The position numbers and the translations under genes are program-made. Shown here in pieces: positions 63,861-64,000 of a stretch of 64,000 bases of DNA. Origin of the DNA: Podarcis cretensis (taxonomy: Eukaryota); NCBI GenBank assembly GCA_951804945.1, contig OX638165.1:11594001-11658000 (forward strand), written 5' to 3'. The notes below the pieces were generated by a model, which saw only the letters and a list, made by a program, of their open reading frames with translations, was not told the DNA's origin and did no database searches. How positions within the stretch are numbered: the first letter of the stretch is position 1; each line of letters starts with the position of its first letter.

Positions 63861-64000
63861 GGAGGTTCATACCAATATGTCACTTACCCCATGGGCTTTG
63901 GGGGCAAGTACTGCTTCCTCTGCATGAAAGGGAGCGGGGTGCCACCCAGAACACGGGGTATTTAAATAAGCACAACTCTGAACATTTTCTTCCTACTTGC

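Overview
Eukaryotic, intron-rich genomic DNA from a squamate reptile. The Sauria SINE and MITE families point to a lacertid lizard (inference). The window holds almost all of a + strand PACS1 gene (phosphofurin acidic cluster sorting protein 1). Bases 1-24851 are the distal part of a long first intron; exon 1 lies upstream of the window. 23 coding exons (2-24 by human numbering, 24852-61117) have canonical AG/GT ends and join in one frame: 2536 nt, i.e. 1 nt finishing the exon-1 codon plus 845 codons including the stop. A ~2.7 kb 3' UTR follows. Nearly all ORFs in the supplied track are spurious. The introns carry Sauria and other tRNA-derived SINEs, L1, L2 and RTE LINE fragments, Penelope-like ends, many Tc1/mariner and hAT MITEs with visible TSDs, and one solo LTR. 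I found no new multi-gene system. Best second-look items: (1) an intact minimal hammerhead ribozyme motif in a Penelope-like end, plus a core-mutated second copy; (2) an inverted pair of young Sauria SINEs bracketing exons 6-10, a circRNA/ADAR candidate; (3) a 216-nt stop-free, in-frame intron 22; (4) a candidate unannotated exon in intron 1 with a strong-Kozak ATG in frame with exon 2; (5) an antisense solo LTR; (6) tandem RFX X-boxes and a CTCF site. Repeat family names and human comparisons are from memory and need database confirmation.
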